From: Euprymna scolopes
Lineage: Eukaryota
Direction: 5' to 3' (one strand)
NCBI GenBank assembly: GCA_053919585.1
Contig: CM132798.1
Length of the DNA stretch: 64,000 nucleotides
This document shows, piece after piece, positions 1 through 12,960 of this stretch. The position numbers and the translations under genes are program-made. The notes beneath the pieces were generated by a model. It saw only the letters and a program-made list of their open reading frames with translations. It searched no databases and had not been told where the DNA came from. Every line of letters starts with the position of its first letter. The stretch's first letter is position 1.

Positions 1-99
1 TAAATATTAAACGACTCGAAAAGAATACAAAACCTCCATCGATATAAGAGATGAAGAAACCAACATCCCCAAGAAATAAGTTCAACATCATTGATTTGC

Positions 100-1130
100 A
101 AAAGGAAAGCGATTGATATATTAGTGAAGAAGCAATAGCAAAAACAGCTCCTGTAAACATCGGTGTATGCATCAAGATGTATAGATATTGCCCAAAGCTC
201 AGCTTACAGTGGCTGTTGCAGCTGAAAGGAGTATGGAAACGGAAAGATGCTGGAGAGAGATTGGCGATAGCAGAAGAGGTTTACCTTCCCAAAAAAGGGC
301 AATCAAGGAAAATCGGTTTATAAAGACAGTTTTCACTGTAAAATCTTGACGAAAGGTTATGTTAGGCATACTTGCAAAGCGAACACTCACATTTGCAGTA
401 GTGAATACGTACATCGACGAGTCAAACAAAACAGCTGGAATAATTGAAATACTTGGGTTTGTAGAGCATGTTTACTTAATTTTGGAAGAAATACAGAAAT
501 CAAAAAAAAAGGGACATATCTGCGATATGGTTTGAGTTTAAAAAAGCGTACGGATCTGTTCCACATGCGCTACTACAATACGCAATAGAATTCTGGATGG
601 CCATGCAAGTTAGAAGAAAGGTGAGGAATTACAATGTATATTCCAAAACGAGATCTTTCGCAAGAGATGTGCAAGGACTTGAGGACGGAATTGCAGCTGG
701 ATGTATAATATCGGAGACCTTCTTAAAAAAATATGTAGATTTAATGGAGCAAAAGTATCAACACAAGTTCGGTCGTTTATGGACGTTATCACAACATTGA
801 CATGCGATGAAAAAGCCATCAAAGGGTTAATTTAACGACGGAACGAATTTATTGCGTAGTCGAGGATAAAATTTAATACCAAAAAGTCGAGGAAAAGAGA
901 AGCTACAAAAGATGAACCGGTGAAAAGTTTCGGCCGAGTGTTCTAGATATCACGAGAAATGGCCAAAAACAGATGTACAAACACAGAAAGGAATAGGATG
1001 AAAGTAGTTGATAACACCTACTTGCCTAGTAAGTTAAAACGCTGGTGGGTGCAGTTTGTCATGTACCGACACATACTCCAGCCAATGATGATCTATGATT
1101 TAGGTATGTAACGAATTGAAAGGATAAAAT
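100..1130 (+). mobile_element. Degenerate HERO/R2-group (RLE-type) non-LTR retrotransposon reverse transcriptase fragment
   Basis: Across frameshifts, + strand translations give GILAKRTLTFAVVNTYIDES-KTAG, KKAYGSVPH, GLEDGIAAGCIIS, KFNTKKSR, EPVKSFGRVF and LPSKLKRWWVQFVMYRHILQPMMIYD. These match, in order, motifs of HERO-type RTs (YIDTSVQKAG, LANAYGSVPH, LEKGIAMGCTISP, KPVKSLGRW, LPGKFKAW..QH..LPR..WP). Confidence 0.7.
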
Positions 1131-1311
1131 TTATTAAAAAAAAAAAAACAATGACTTCATTCAGAAGTGGATGATTCACTTGGCTGATTTTTTTTGAGTT
1201 TTACTGTTGATGAATTGAGTAAACACTATACGAAAATAAAACTTCTATTTCAGCTCCCGTTTAGTTTCATAACAAAACAAGAAAAATAGGAACTTCCAGT
1301 TAGATTTTCAA

Positions 1312-3173
1312 TTTTTTTTTACATGGAGTTCACCACTTATCAAGGCCCAAGGGCAACTCCGGGGTAAGGGGTATTGTGTGTACAGTGATCAATGTGATAA
1401 TGTAGTAATAGTATTCGAGAATTGATAAAGTGTCATTACTTAAGGGGGCGGTTCATCAGGAATTTGTTTGCGTTGGACTTGAAGACATACAGGTTGAAGT
1501 CGGGAGGGAAACAGGTAAGCGGAACAGTTTCACATGCGTGCAGTTCTAAGAAAGAAGCTTTGTTCTTGGAATCTGCGTTTTTGATTTAGGCACAGATAAG
1601 GAGTGGGGGAAATTGTTGACGGTGGTTTCAGCTAGTCGGGTGTTTTTTTTTAACAAGATTGGCGACGGGGACCAGAGAATGGAGCTCAGACGAGCATTTG
1701 CCATGAAAATAAGATAAAACGAAGATAGGCTCGCTATGTCTCTTTTGTGGGAAAGAGGGTGCAGGGAAGAGACGATGTCATTTCCCACCAAGACACGAAG
1801 TCCATTTTGTACTCTGTTAAGGCAGGATAGGCTGTTTTTAGAAGCTTCAGCCCAGATGTGGCAGCAGTACTCCATCCTTGGACGTACTTGGCTTTTATAT
1901 ATATATATAGAATTGCATAATTAGTGAGATATCTTCTGGAACGGTAGAAGGATCCCACCATTTTCACAGCGAGCTTGGCCACATACTTGATGTATGTGTG
2001 CCATTTAAGATAAGGAGTAAAGGTCAAACCCAGAAGCGTATCAAAACATGGGGTCTCCCCTAGACGAGGGCCATCCATTTCAATTGATGCCAGCTGGGGA
2101 TCAGAGCGTTCATGATGTAGAGATAGGGGCTTGGTCTTAGATGCACTAAAGGTAACTAGCCACCTCTCCCCCCACTGTACCACACGCTCAAGATCAGGGG
2201 AGAGAGAATCAGAGAGAACATCATCATTTACGGCCTTTGATGTGTTGCCATAGGTATTCGTGTCATCAGCATTGATGTCAACAGATGATTTTAGTATGTG
2301 TTTTGGGAGATCATTGATGTAGATTAGGAAGAGAGTGGGGCCCAGTATGGACTCCTGATGGTCTCCAGCATAAATACTGTTGGCCTCTGATTTCTGCCCA
2401 TCAACCACTACTTTTATGGGCCTATCAGAGAGAAATGATTTAATGATCGAGAAAACATTTCCAGTTATACCGTAACTGGAAATATTGTGTAGTATGCCTT
2501 TATGCCAAACCTTATCGAAGGCCTTTGATATGTCAAGAGCAATTGCCCTAGAAATGGAGCCTTTGTCAAGAGATTCGCTAATGCTAGGAGATATAACCGT
2601 TAGCACATCTGCGGTAGATCTAGCAGAACGGAAACCATATTGCGTGTCGTTAAGAAGGTTATTTTTGCTGATGTGGTTGACTACTTCTCTATTTATTGTG
2701 GATTCCAGCAACTTACCCATGACACACAGGAGACTTATTGGTCTGTACTGAGAGGGAGATGACTTATCACTTGAATTTTTTAAATACTGATAAGGTTTTC
2801 CATGTGGTTGGGGAGCATTTCTCCTTAAGGCACCGCTTAAACAGTTTGTTAAGTATGGGGGCAAGTTCTGGTTGTAATTTTTTTAACACTATAATTGGAA
2901 TACCGTCAGGACCAGTTGCTTTACTGGAGTCAAGGTTTTTCATTAGCTTGGCGACCTCAGCCACATATATGTGTATGTTGCATAGCGTGTTGTCTGTTAT
3001 AGCAGGAAATACGGGGAGTTGATGACCTTCGTCGCACAAGGAGAATTTGCCGCAAAGTTCTTGGCAAATAGTTTGGCCTTGTCGGATGCTGTCGAGATGA
3101 CCTATGGTCCATTGGTAATTGTTGGGTTAGAACGCACGTTTCTGTTCAGGATCCTATTTGCTATTTGCCAAAA
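1312..3173 (-). mobile_element. 5'-truncated APE-RT LINE (CR1/Jockey-group-like), family A
   Basis: ORFs 1734-2864, 2767-3039 and 1546-1875 carry RT motifs (KATGPDGIP, YRPISLL, QYGFR, LDISKAFDKVWH, ILGPTLFLIYINDL, NADDT, MEYCCHIW). The 3' end has the family's CTTGATAAG 3' motif and an A-tail (T run at 1312-1320). Confidence 0.93.
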
Positions 3174-3760
3174 TGATCCAAAGATAAGAGACAATCATAC
3201 GGAAGTAAAATTCGGATCCAAATTCAAAGGAGAAAAATGTGAACAAGCATAAACACAATCATCGGATCAGTAAAAACAAACTATGAAGGATTGAAGTGAC
3301 GATCGTTAAAATAATGTCGTGCTAGCAGCAATCTGGACAGTCATGAAGAAGTGGTAAATACGATGAGAATAAACGAAGGAAAGAGAAGAAAAGTAATCCT
3401 TATGCAATGTAGTGTGCATGTACAGAACATCCAGGGAAAGTCTTTAGTTGTAAAGGGAAAATTATTTGGGAAGAGCATCTGTAATTGGGAAACAGCTATA
3501 ATTTGTTTCCTGATAAAATGCACATACGATATGTCCAATCATAAATCTTTGTAATCAGAGTTCAGATAATATATGCAAATGTAGGCAGTAAAGCTCAGTA
3601 ATAATCTATCCGCAACCACTTAGGATTAGACCAACGAAGCTGAAGACATGATCAGGGGCTCAAAGTTGTGAAGAACGGATTTTTAAAGAAGGGAAACGAA
3701 AAAAAATTGAAAGCTGAAAATGTTGAATAGCTGCAAAGGATTAATTTGGAGGAGAAGGGA
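3174..3760 (-). mobile_element. Highly degenerate APE endonuclease region of an older related LINE
   Basis: Minus-strand translations include GHIVCAF, KDFPWMFCTCTLHCIRITFLLF and DDCVYACSHFSPL. These resemble the endonuclease region of family A (HGHGICAY, DLPYMCFRVALAYTTAFIF, CSCSIHFPLGSSDH). Confidence 0.4.
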
Positions 3761-4523
3761 AAGAATCTTCGGTAAATAACCGAAAGAGAATTGAAATTGA
3801 CAAAAGATTGGACGGTTCGTGGAAATTAGCAGTTGAGCTGGATTCACCACTCGTGTTCACACAACAACCGCTCAAGCCTAAATATAGCGAAGTGAGAACA
3901 AAAATTATAAGCAAACGGTGATGATTGAGTTTACAGTAAGTTGGGAATAGACCATTAAGGATTGCCAAAAAAAGTCTCATAGTAAGATGCAAAGAAGTTA
4001 GCTTAGATGTAAAGTTTTTTTTTATATCAGAGGGACGGCCCTGGGTTCGTTCATCTACGGAAAAGTTGATTCGGGCACAAGCAGTCTGGAACAAGCAAAC
4101 TTATAAAAAAAATTCAACAAGATCTGACAGACTTTTCGATGTGGATTTCGCTTAAGAGAAATGACGAAAATTAAACAGATAGTCCCACATCAAATTAAAC
4201 ATCACTTTCAAAAAGATGAGCGTCGCCGTTGCAGTGCAATTAGTCAAGGATAAGCTTACAAAAATGGCTGACACTTTATCTCCCTGATGGTGACATTATT
4301 CTAGGTTGTCTGGGATTGAGCACCGTAAGAAAATGTTCATCCTCACCATTAATTGTATATATTATTAATCCATTTTATAATATCTAATTTTTCATATTTT
4401 TATATTGTTATCTAATTTTCTATATTATTTTTATATTTCTACCTATGTACTTCATACAATTTTTAAAAAATCATTTTTTTATATTTGTAGCCCGTATTAT
4501 ATATTTGATTTTTATATAAAAAC

Positions 4524-4787
4524 GTACCCGGCCACGCGTTTCTGTGGCTCAGTTTTGTTAAAGAAAATATTTAAGGGATTTGTATCGTACCTAAACACGC
4601 ATGCGCACACACACGCACACGCGCGCGCATTTTCGCATGAAAAATAAAAGTAATTTAGTGTATTTGATATTCGTCATTCTATGACTACTGTTCGAATGAA
4701 AATATTTTATAGTTGAAGTTTTACCCGGTCACGCGTTGTTGTTGCTCAGATAGGTTAAGCAATTACTACAGTGATTTCTGTCGTGCG

Positions 4788-4835
<48 letters not shown>

Positions 4836-4860
4836 CGCACAAGCATAAACGCATACAACT
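4524..4860 (-). mobile_element. Two tandem Helitron 3'-terminal fragments followed by (CA)n
   Basis: GTACCCGGCCACGCGTTTCTGTGGCTC (4524-4550) and TACCCGGTCACGCGTTGTTGTTGCTC (4722-4747) are near reverse complements of the Helitron 3' hairpin GAGCCACAGCAACGCGTGGCATGGTACAGCTAG at 60088-60120. Confidence 0.6.
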
Positions 4861-5440
4861 GTAATAATCTAAGCATCTAATGAATATTATGCCGTGCGAA
4901 TAAAACATGTCTTTTGCTGACATCATGTTTTATTTTTTGGAAAAGTTCGTTATTTTTATAAGGATCGAATTCTCGAATAACAGAAGTGTCAGACCTCAGC
5001 CAATCCGAAAGGGCAGACATTGGGCAAGAAGCCGTTATAATTTATGACTCGTAAATCGGAAAGATTATATTATGTCGATATGTCTATGAGCCAATTACGA
5101 TGAGTGTAATCAAAGTATCTGTGAAAATTGTAGAATTGGTCCTGGTGACAATTGGTAGAGTGTTAAGACAATATAGTTAGATAGAAAAGGCTTCCTCTAA
5201 AAATATGCGACTGCGATTGTGTTGCACGTTGGATGCAGCACAGCGTTTTATTTTCACGATGGAACATGTCTAAAATGGTGGTCGAAAGCTGCATAAGATA
5301 TTGGCTCTTAAGCTAGATCTATTACATTTTTATGTGGCATCTGTTGTTGAAAACCTATGATACTTTGATCCAGAAGGGAATTCCGCAGTCCTTTAGAGAT
5401 AAAAATAGGCGATAATATGAATTTTTTATAAGATGCCAAA

Positions 5441-5496
<56 letters not shown>

Positions 5497-5497
5497 C

Positions 5498-5607
5498 TTG
5501 TAATAATCACTCTGACAATTCAGCTTTCATCAGATCACCGAAGCAAAGCAAATTTGAGCCTGTCTAGTACAAGATAAGTGAACATTTAGGAATTCCAGGC
5601 GCTACAT
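5498..5607 (+). pseudogene. Diverged 5S rRNA-derived sequence (pseudogene or SINE3-type head)
   Basis: TCATCAGATCACCGAAGCAAAGCAAATTTGAGCCTGTCTAGTACAAGATAAGTGAACATTTAGGAATTCCAGGCGCTAC is colinear with metazoan 5S rRNA (TCGTCCGATCACCGAAGTTAAGCAACGTCGGGCCTGGTTAGTACTTGGATGGGTGACCGCCTGGGAATACCAGGTGCTGT). Confidence 0.7.
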
Positions 5608-6419
5608 GTGCCCTCCACTTATCACGGCATTGTTTCTAGTCCTTCCTCTGAATCTTCATTTTCCACTTGTATTTTACAACGCCGATTAAGGAAAGGTGTG
5701 CGTAAGAATTGCGCCGCTCTTACCACCAAATATTCCACATGCGGGTACCCTAATAATAAGTATCCATATTATCTCAAGACCGAGGGAACAACTATATCCC
5801 TATATATAATAGAAAAGACACAGTTATTTCCATCTAGATCAAATACCGTAGGTTTACAACAACCGATAACATATACGCCTTATTATGTCTACACTCATAG
5901 CCAATATAATATGTAACTATAGAATGACATTTTACACACATTAGTTCGTTATAATAATATCTCTAGACATGTTCTTGCGTTATGATTGGCTGATTCGTGT
6001 CATACTCCAATTCAAGAATTACATTAATCCCGCCATTTTACGAACGATTCGATAACTTTACATTATTGGCCTTGCTTACCTCTAGATAAATAAAATTACA
6101 TTTAAACCAACTAAAAAGCATTCTCAACTACATACCAATAGTAAAAAATAAGATCCACATTTCTGATTTTTTGTCTTTTTGGGACAGGGGGAATTAATTA
6201 TAAATGTGCGATAACGAGTTTCCTTATTTTCGATTTTGAAATCACAAGGAATTCAGCGAGGGTCGCAAAAAATCGTTCCAGTTTAACTGAATTCGCTCGC
6301 CACGCATAGTCGTTTTACGTTATTTCTTGAATTGGTTTAAATAGATTAAACACATCGCTGTATCGATTACGCCCTAGTACAGCAGTGTATATGTGGTCCG
6401 TGTCGTAACCTACGGCTTT

Positions 6420-6819
6420 GTAATGCAACGAAAAACCTTCATTTGTTTTAGGATTGATTACTTTTGTTGTACTTGGGGTTTATTTTAATTTTAATTTTGG
6501 TTTTATATTTTTTTATCAAGATGATAATGAAGTAATTACAATCATGCAGCGCAGTAATTAATAAAAAAAATAATAATAATGAATAAAAATACACGAAGTT
6601 TCGTTTTCTTTCATTTCCTTACGATAGGAGTCCATGTTTTAATTCTCATATAAAGTTCTGCTTCTTAATACAACTTTTAGACGAACTATTTTTAGTCGCG
6701 GAGGCTGGAAAGTAAGCAGTCAACATTACCACAGCTTTAACGGCTAAATGGATATGTTCCTCACTTTTCCCAACACGGGCTGCCTATTTCGTCTATTTTC
6801 TTCTTTTTGCCCTTCGCTG

Positions 6820-6885
<66 letters not shown>

Positions 6886-6907
6886 TTAAGAGCAGATAGA
6901 TATACAT
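6420..6907. repeat. ~490 bp near-identical direct duplication, copy 1 (copy 2 at 8860-9331)
   Basis: The sequence from GTAATG(C/T)AACGAAAAACCTTC to AGCAGATAGATATACAT is repeated with only a few differences. Both copies end at an N gap. Confidence 0.95.
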
Positions 6908-8359
6908 NNNNNNNNNNNNNNNNNNNNNNNNNNNNNNNNNNNNNNNNNNNNNNNNNNNNNNNNNNNNNNNNNNNNNNNNNNNNNNNNNNNNNNNNNNNNN
7001 NNNNNNNNNNNNNNNNNNNNNNNNNNNNNNNNNNNNNNNNNNNNNNNNNNNNNNNNNNTCTTTTCTTATTAGAATTATTAAGTATTTAAATACCATAGTA
7101 AAAAGGAGGTTTCTATATTATACAAGCTTTCCTTATGAAATTGAAGATCAAACAAATCATATATGAGGTACATCATTTATAAATTAATATGATGAGGAAC
7201 TACGTATTTGTTTGCAATTGAGATAATAAAATCTGAAAATGTATATATTTAATTAGAAGTTCATTCCTTAAAATTCTTTTGAGATTAATTTTTTAATTGA
7301 ATAATAATTCATTTTCTGGAGATATGCATAGTTATGAATATGAAACGTGTAAAAATATATACGAAGGTGTTGGATGAATTTAAAATAGCTTTTAGCGTAT
7401 GTGCTTTCTTCTATTTAATTAACTTCGCGTTTAAGTTATGATTGCTTTCGGCGTATTAATATCCTTCTCTATATTAGACATATTATTACGAAACACAAAA
7501 TGCTGCTTTTTATAAACAAATATCTCAGGCGATATTGTGTAAGATGCTGAGTTATGAAATGTTGAAGGAGCGTTTGATTGTTTGATCCCCGTCACGTGTG
7601 AATTTAGAGGCTAATTTGGATCTTACAGAGTCTTCAATAATGTTGTCGCTTTTGTAATTGTGTCCTTAAGAAGCCAAGGAAAACGATGTATTCCCTGCGG
7701 TTCATTTGAAAAAAAAAAACAACAAAAGGAATTGTAATTGAAATTCCGAAGATATTTTTCTATTTAAAACCATCTCGACAGGAATACATTGTTGGAAAAA
7801 CTCAGAATTTAAATGATAATGCGATAGTCATTAATTTAGGTATTCTGCAAAATAATGTTTTTTTAACAAAATAAGAAAAATTCGACATTGAAGACGTACG
7901 TGAAGTTTCTGGATGATGTAATTCTTCGGCAAATTCAAAATCTTTATGCTTAATGCGTTTATATAAAATATACAATGCGAGTTAATTGCTTCTAAAAAAA
8001 CACTTAGTTATGTGTGTGTATAAGTAAACTATTCTGTGTGATCTAAGCCGTTTCTACGAAAATACTCTATATATACTATAATCTTTATACACTCTATATG
8101 AACTAAAAACTAACTATATAAAAGATTTTAACCTGTGGAAGAAATTAGATTAGTTTTTTGCCGGTAAATAGAAATAATAACGGGTAAAAATACAAGAAAA
8201 ACGTTACATGAGTAAATGTAGGTATCTCTCGCATTGAATACTTCGCAAAAAGTTACTTAATCTTGAGACTTTTGATTTCTATTTGTCACTAGCTTACAAA
8301 ATTATGAATAATACGCTTAATGTTTTAGTTGCAGTTATAGCTGATGGATCCAAACAATA

Positions 8360-8686
8360 TTTTACAAGGTAGTCACAACTTATCAAGGCCTAGACGAAAC
8401 TCGGGGATACGGATTATTGCGTGTACAGTAATCAATGGGATAGTATCATAGTAATCGTTATTATTGGAGATTTGATTAAGTGTTTTACTTTACGGGGCGG
8501 TTCATAAGGAATTTGCTTATGCTGGACTTGAAGATATCCAGCTAGTTTCAGGTGGGAAACAGGCAAACGGAACAGAGTTCCAGAGCCGTTCACTTCTAAG
8601 AAAGAAGGTGTGTTCATGGAATTTTGGTTTTGGCACAGATAAAGAGTGGGGAAAATGTTTGACAGTGGTTTCAGCTAGACTATTTT
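8360..8686 (-). mobile_element. LINE family A 3'-end fragment
   Basis: Translates to LAETTVKHFPHSLSVPKPKFHEHTFFLRSERLWNSVPFACFPP. It ends in the CTTGATAAG...TGTAAAA 3' terminus seen in other copies. Confidence 0.9.
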
Positions 8687-8784
8687 CAAATGGACCAAAC
8701 TGTATGAAACACATTCTGGAAATGTTTTACTTTAAACGTATATGTATGATTATACAAACTATTAAATTAATTAATATCAATTGC

Positions 8785-8843
<59 letters not shown>

Positions 8844-8859
8844 TAAGAGGCAATAGGAG

Positions 8860-9259
8860 TGTAATGTAACGAAAAACCTTCATTTGTTTTAGGATTGATT
8901 ACTTTTGTTGTACTTGGGGTTTATTTTAATTTTAATTTTGGTTTTATATTTTTTATCAAGATGATAATGAAGTAATTACAATCATGCAGCGCAGTAATTA
9001 ATAAAAAAAATAATAATAATGAATAAAAATACACGAAGTTTCGTTTTCTTTCATTTCCTTACGATAGGAGTCCATGTTTTAATTCTCATATAAAGTTCTG
9101 CTTCTTAATACAACTTTTAGACGAACTATTTTTAGTCGCGGAGGCTGGAAAGTAACCAGTCAACATTACCACAGCTTTAACGGCTAAATGGATATGTTCC
9201 TCACTTTTCCCAACACGGGCTGCCTATTTCGTCTATTTTCTTCTTTTTGCCCTTCGCTG

Positions 9260-9309
<50 letters not shown>

Positions 9310-9331
9310 TTAAGAGCAGATAGATATACAT
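8860..9331. repeat. Near-identical direct duplication, copy 2 of 6420-6907
   Basis: Direct sequence comparison. Confidence 0.95.
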
Positions 9332-9553
9332 AAAAANNNNNNNNNNNNNNNNNNNNNNNNNNNNNNNNNNNNNNNNNNNNNNNNNNNNNNNNNNNNNNNN
9401 NNNNNNNNNNNNNNNNNNNNNNNNNNNNNNNNNNNNNNNNNNNNNNNNNNNNNNNNNNNNNNNNNNNNNNNNNNNNNNNNNNNNNNNNNNTCTTTTCAAA
9501 CTATTAAATTAATTAATCTTATACAAACTATTAAATTAATTAATATCAATTGC

Positions 9554-9604
<51 letters not shown>

Positions 9605-9656
9605 TAAGAGGCAATAGGAGTGGAAAATGAATTCACAAATGCTATATATTGGAATC

Positions 9657-10282
9657 CTATATTAATGATCTTCCAAATCAAATCGTTACATCATTCTTAT
9701 ACATCTATGCTGATGCCACTACTATCAAGGGTAGCACACCTAAGATCGTAAACTACCAAGTTCTCCCTGATTCTCTCTCCTCTGACCTTGACCAAGTGGT
9801 ACAATGGGGGAAGAGGTGGCTTGTTACTTTTAATGCATCTAAAACTAAGCTTTTATCTTTATATCATCAACGCTCTGATCCCCATCTGGCATTACATGAA
9901 ATGAATGGCCCTCGTCTTGGGGAGGCCCCCTGTTTTGACAAGCTTCTGGGCTTGACCTTTTCTCCTGATCTTAAATGGAGTACGTACAACAAATCTGTTG
10001 TCAAGACCGCTGGAAAGATGGTGAGATCCTTCTAACGATCCAGTAGATATGTCACTGCTGATGTAATTCTCTATCTATATAAGAATCAGGTATGCCCAAG
10101 GAAGGAGTACTGTTGCCACACCTGGGCAGAATCTGCTAGAAAGGACTTATCCTGCCTTGATAGAGTTCAAAATAGACTTCGTAGCCTTGTGGGGGATGTC
10201 CTTTTCTCTTCCATGCAACCTCTTTCTCACAGAAGAGATATTGTGAGTTTGTCTCTGCTTTATCGTCATTTTCATGGCAAGT
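9657..10282 (+). mobile_element. LINE family A internal RT fragment
   Basis: YINDLP, YADAT, WLVTFNASKTK, LGLTFSPDLKW, EYCCHTW and YRHFHGK motifs; no tail. Confidence 0.9.
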
Positions 10283-10289
10283 ACATATA

Positions 10290-10803
10290 TATATTTGGAC
10301 GAACGACCCTGGTGTCTAACTCTGTCCCGTGGGGAGGCATAGTAAATCGGTACAGAGGAGTCGTTATACCAAGTTATTTGGAAGCCAAATGCTTCTCCTT
10401 AGAAGAGTAGAGAAGGTGCTAGGTAACAGTATGGGGATGTACTGTCTAGCCGGGGAATCATCAGGAACAGAATAAATAAATAAAATCATTGATGTTCTTA
10501 GGGGATCTATATAGAATTCTAAAATAAAGGAGGAGCGTCCTATATGAAGTGTAGTCTAAAAACGAGTATATGTTTCTATCATAATTTTAAATAATGTAAG
10601 TATTTTATGTATTAAAGATTAAGGGAGGTATAGGGGTAGTTTGGTTGTAGTTCTATTGTATCCGTATGTAAGGTGTATAGTGTCCATGCCGTTGATTTAT
10701 GTTAAAGGTTTTTTTTTATCGACAGTGGTAACCGAAAGAAGAACAGTACTTAGAGCTGGTGTATGTTTTCAGGCGCAATATTATAATGAATATTTGAAGC
10801 TAT

Positions 10804-10884
<81 letters not shown>

Positions 10885-12600
10885 TAATCAGGATTAATCA
10901 AAGTAACTTATATCACAACATTACTTATATGGGGAATATGGCTGTATCGTGATGTTATGAGATTAATGACAGTTAGATTGTGGATTACATGGAGAGTTCA
11001 CTAGGGTTTTAATTCAGTAGAGTGGGGGTAAGCTCCGAAGGTGAAAATTAAAGGGGTAAATAATGAAGTGGGTATGGGTGAGAGTTTTTAAGATTACAAT
11101 ATTAATTTTCACAAGATAACATATGGCGGATAATATGTAGTGATAATCGTAGGGGTTCCTTGTTGTTAGGTGTAGAGGGTGCGTGTGAAATAGAAGGCAA
11201 GTCATTAAAACGGAGGAGTAAATTCATAGAAGTGGATTAAGGGGCGAGCACGTAATTGAGGTTTTGGCGAATGGGTCGGCATGATAATAGGGGAAGGATA
11301 TACAAATGAAAATAATAATTTTAGATCGATGAAAAAAACTAAATTTTGTTAATTGGGCGAAATGGTTGGGGCGGTAGGGTACATGTATACAAAAGTGAGG
11401 CATAAAGGTGTAATATATATATATATATATATATATAGGTTTATTCAGCAAAGCTTAGAGTTTGGTGAATGAGATACTATCTCTTCATATATAAAGCTCT
11501 AAGCCAGAAAAATATTCGCAGATGTCCATATTATAACTCAGAATTTTCTTGGATCAATGGGCCAACTGCATAAGTTATTTATGAACAAGTAAATATATAT
11601 AAACAGCAACTTACATTTAGGCTCGTGTTTTACGACAGTAATTTTCCCCATATAGATATTCGATGAAGTAATTAATGGTAGTGAGATAGATTTGCCAATT
11701 CAAATTGAAAATTGAAAGTTCGTCTTATCAGAAGATATGAACGACGATGACATTACCTCTGTCCTAAAAGAAAAGGATAATGAATATTGCGAAGTCGGTA
11801 TTTCCAAGGCTGGAGTTAGAGTTTCGTTATAATATGTGGCCGTAAGAGTTCCTTTATGTAATTCTGTTATATATGATTCTTTGTTCATTCTTGGCGCATG
11901 AAGAATGCGAAATGATTGACGTAGTAGTTTCAAGCCTGGTTAATGTGCAGGGAACTGGGTCAGAATCGGCTAGTTCGAGACGAGTTCAGGAGTTTACAAT
12001 GAGTACGAAGGTCAGAGTCAGGTGAAGAGTAGAGGTGAAATTGTTGGGTTGAAGTTGGGTTGATGGTATAGGCTAGGGCGAGTGGGGAACTGGGGTGATA
12101 GACCTTAACTGGTAGCGCTGACTTTTAGACAGTGGATGGGGGTAAGTTGGTGCGTGTTGGGGGCGATCTTTTTGGAGATTAGCGTCAATTGCCATTATTT
12201 CTGGTTTGAATGATTTAGGGATAGTTTTTCTTATTGCATAATTTTATATTCGTCTAAGTAAATATTGTAGAGATGTTTAAAATTAGTTTTATTGTTTGAG
12301 AGTTTTTTTAGGAGGAGGGCGGGAGAAAAAATTGTTTTCTAATCTTCAGTTTGAAGGTTGAGGTCCGGGACAGGGGATCTGATAGTTTTAAGTTACTTAT
12401 TTATTAAGATTTTGCTTTAAATTAAGGAGAACACAAGTTTGGTTATAATTAGTGCGAATTGCTTATTAGGGTGCTATTAAATATGTGGTGTTATATGTTA
12501 GGCGTGGCTTTGAATTGAAATTTGGTTAGAGATAGCTGTCTGCAATATTACGAATAAGAAGTATAGTGTACGTTTAAACTTGCATGGGGTATAATAATTT
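10290..12600 (-). mobile_element. Probable degenerate Penelope-like element (GIY-YIG C-terminal region plus untranslated region), interrupted by (TA)n
   Basis: Minus-strand translations SYITELHKGTLTATYYNET, SIFNLNWQI and QENSEL resemble the Penelope C-terminus (YIGLTEGTFK.RYYNH, F.I.W.I, LNKRSEL). The region has strong strand-asymmetric composition and is bounded by TA arrays. Confidence 0.4.
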
Positions 12601-12603
12601 AAC

Positions 12604-12672
<69 letters not shown>

Positions 12673-12846
12673 GTATATCACAAAAGTTATTATACTCCTC
12701 ACATTTCTTTTCAAATATTTAAGTACATTTCTTCATGGGATATTATTAAGAAAATATATTTTGACACAAAAATGAGTCTGTGTGCAGCATATATACTATA
12801 ACAGTTTATTTTCCCATCAAACTTAATATATATAGCCAATCAACGA

Positions 12847-12888
12847 TTAATCCCTTTCAATAAAAGTGAGTACACCCCAAAAAACAGT

Positions 12889-12960
<72 letters not shown>

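Noticed and set aside
1734-2864. 376 aa RT ORF as a functional gene
   Set aside because: It is part of a 5'-truncated LINE with frameshifted ends and degraded motifs (NADD, GDHQES).
4980-5440. Possible retroelement C-terminal coding remnant
   Set aside because: No motif could be recognised with confidence.
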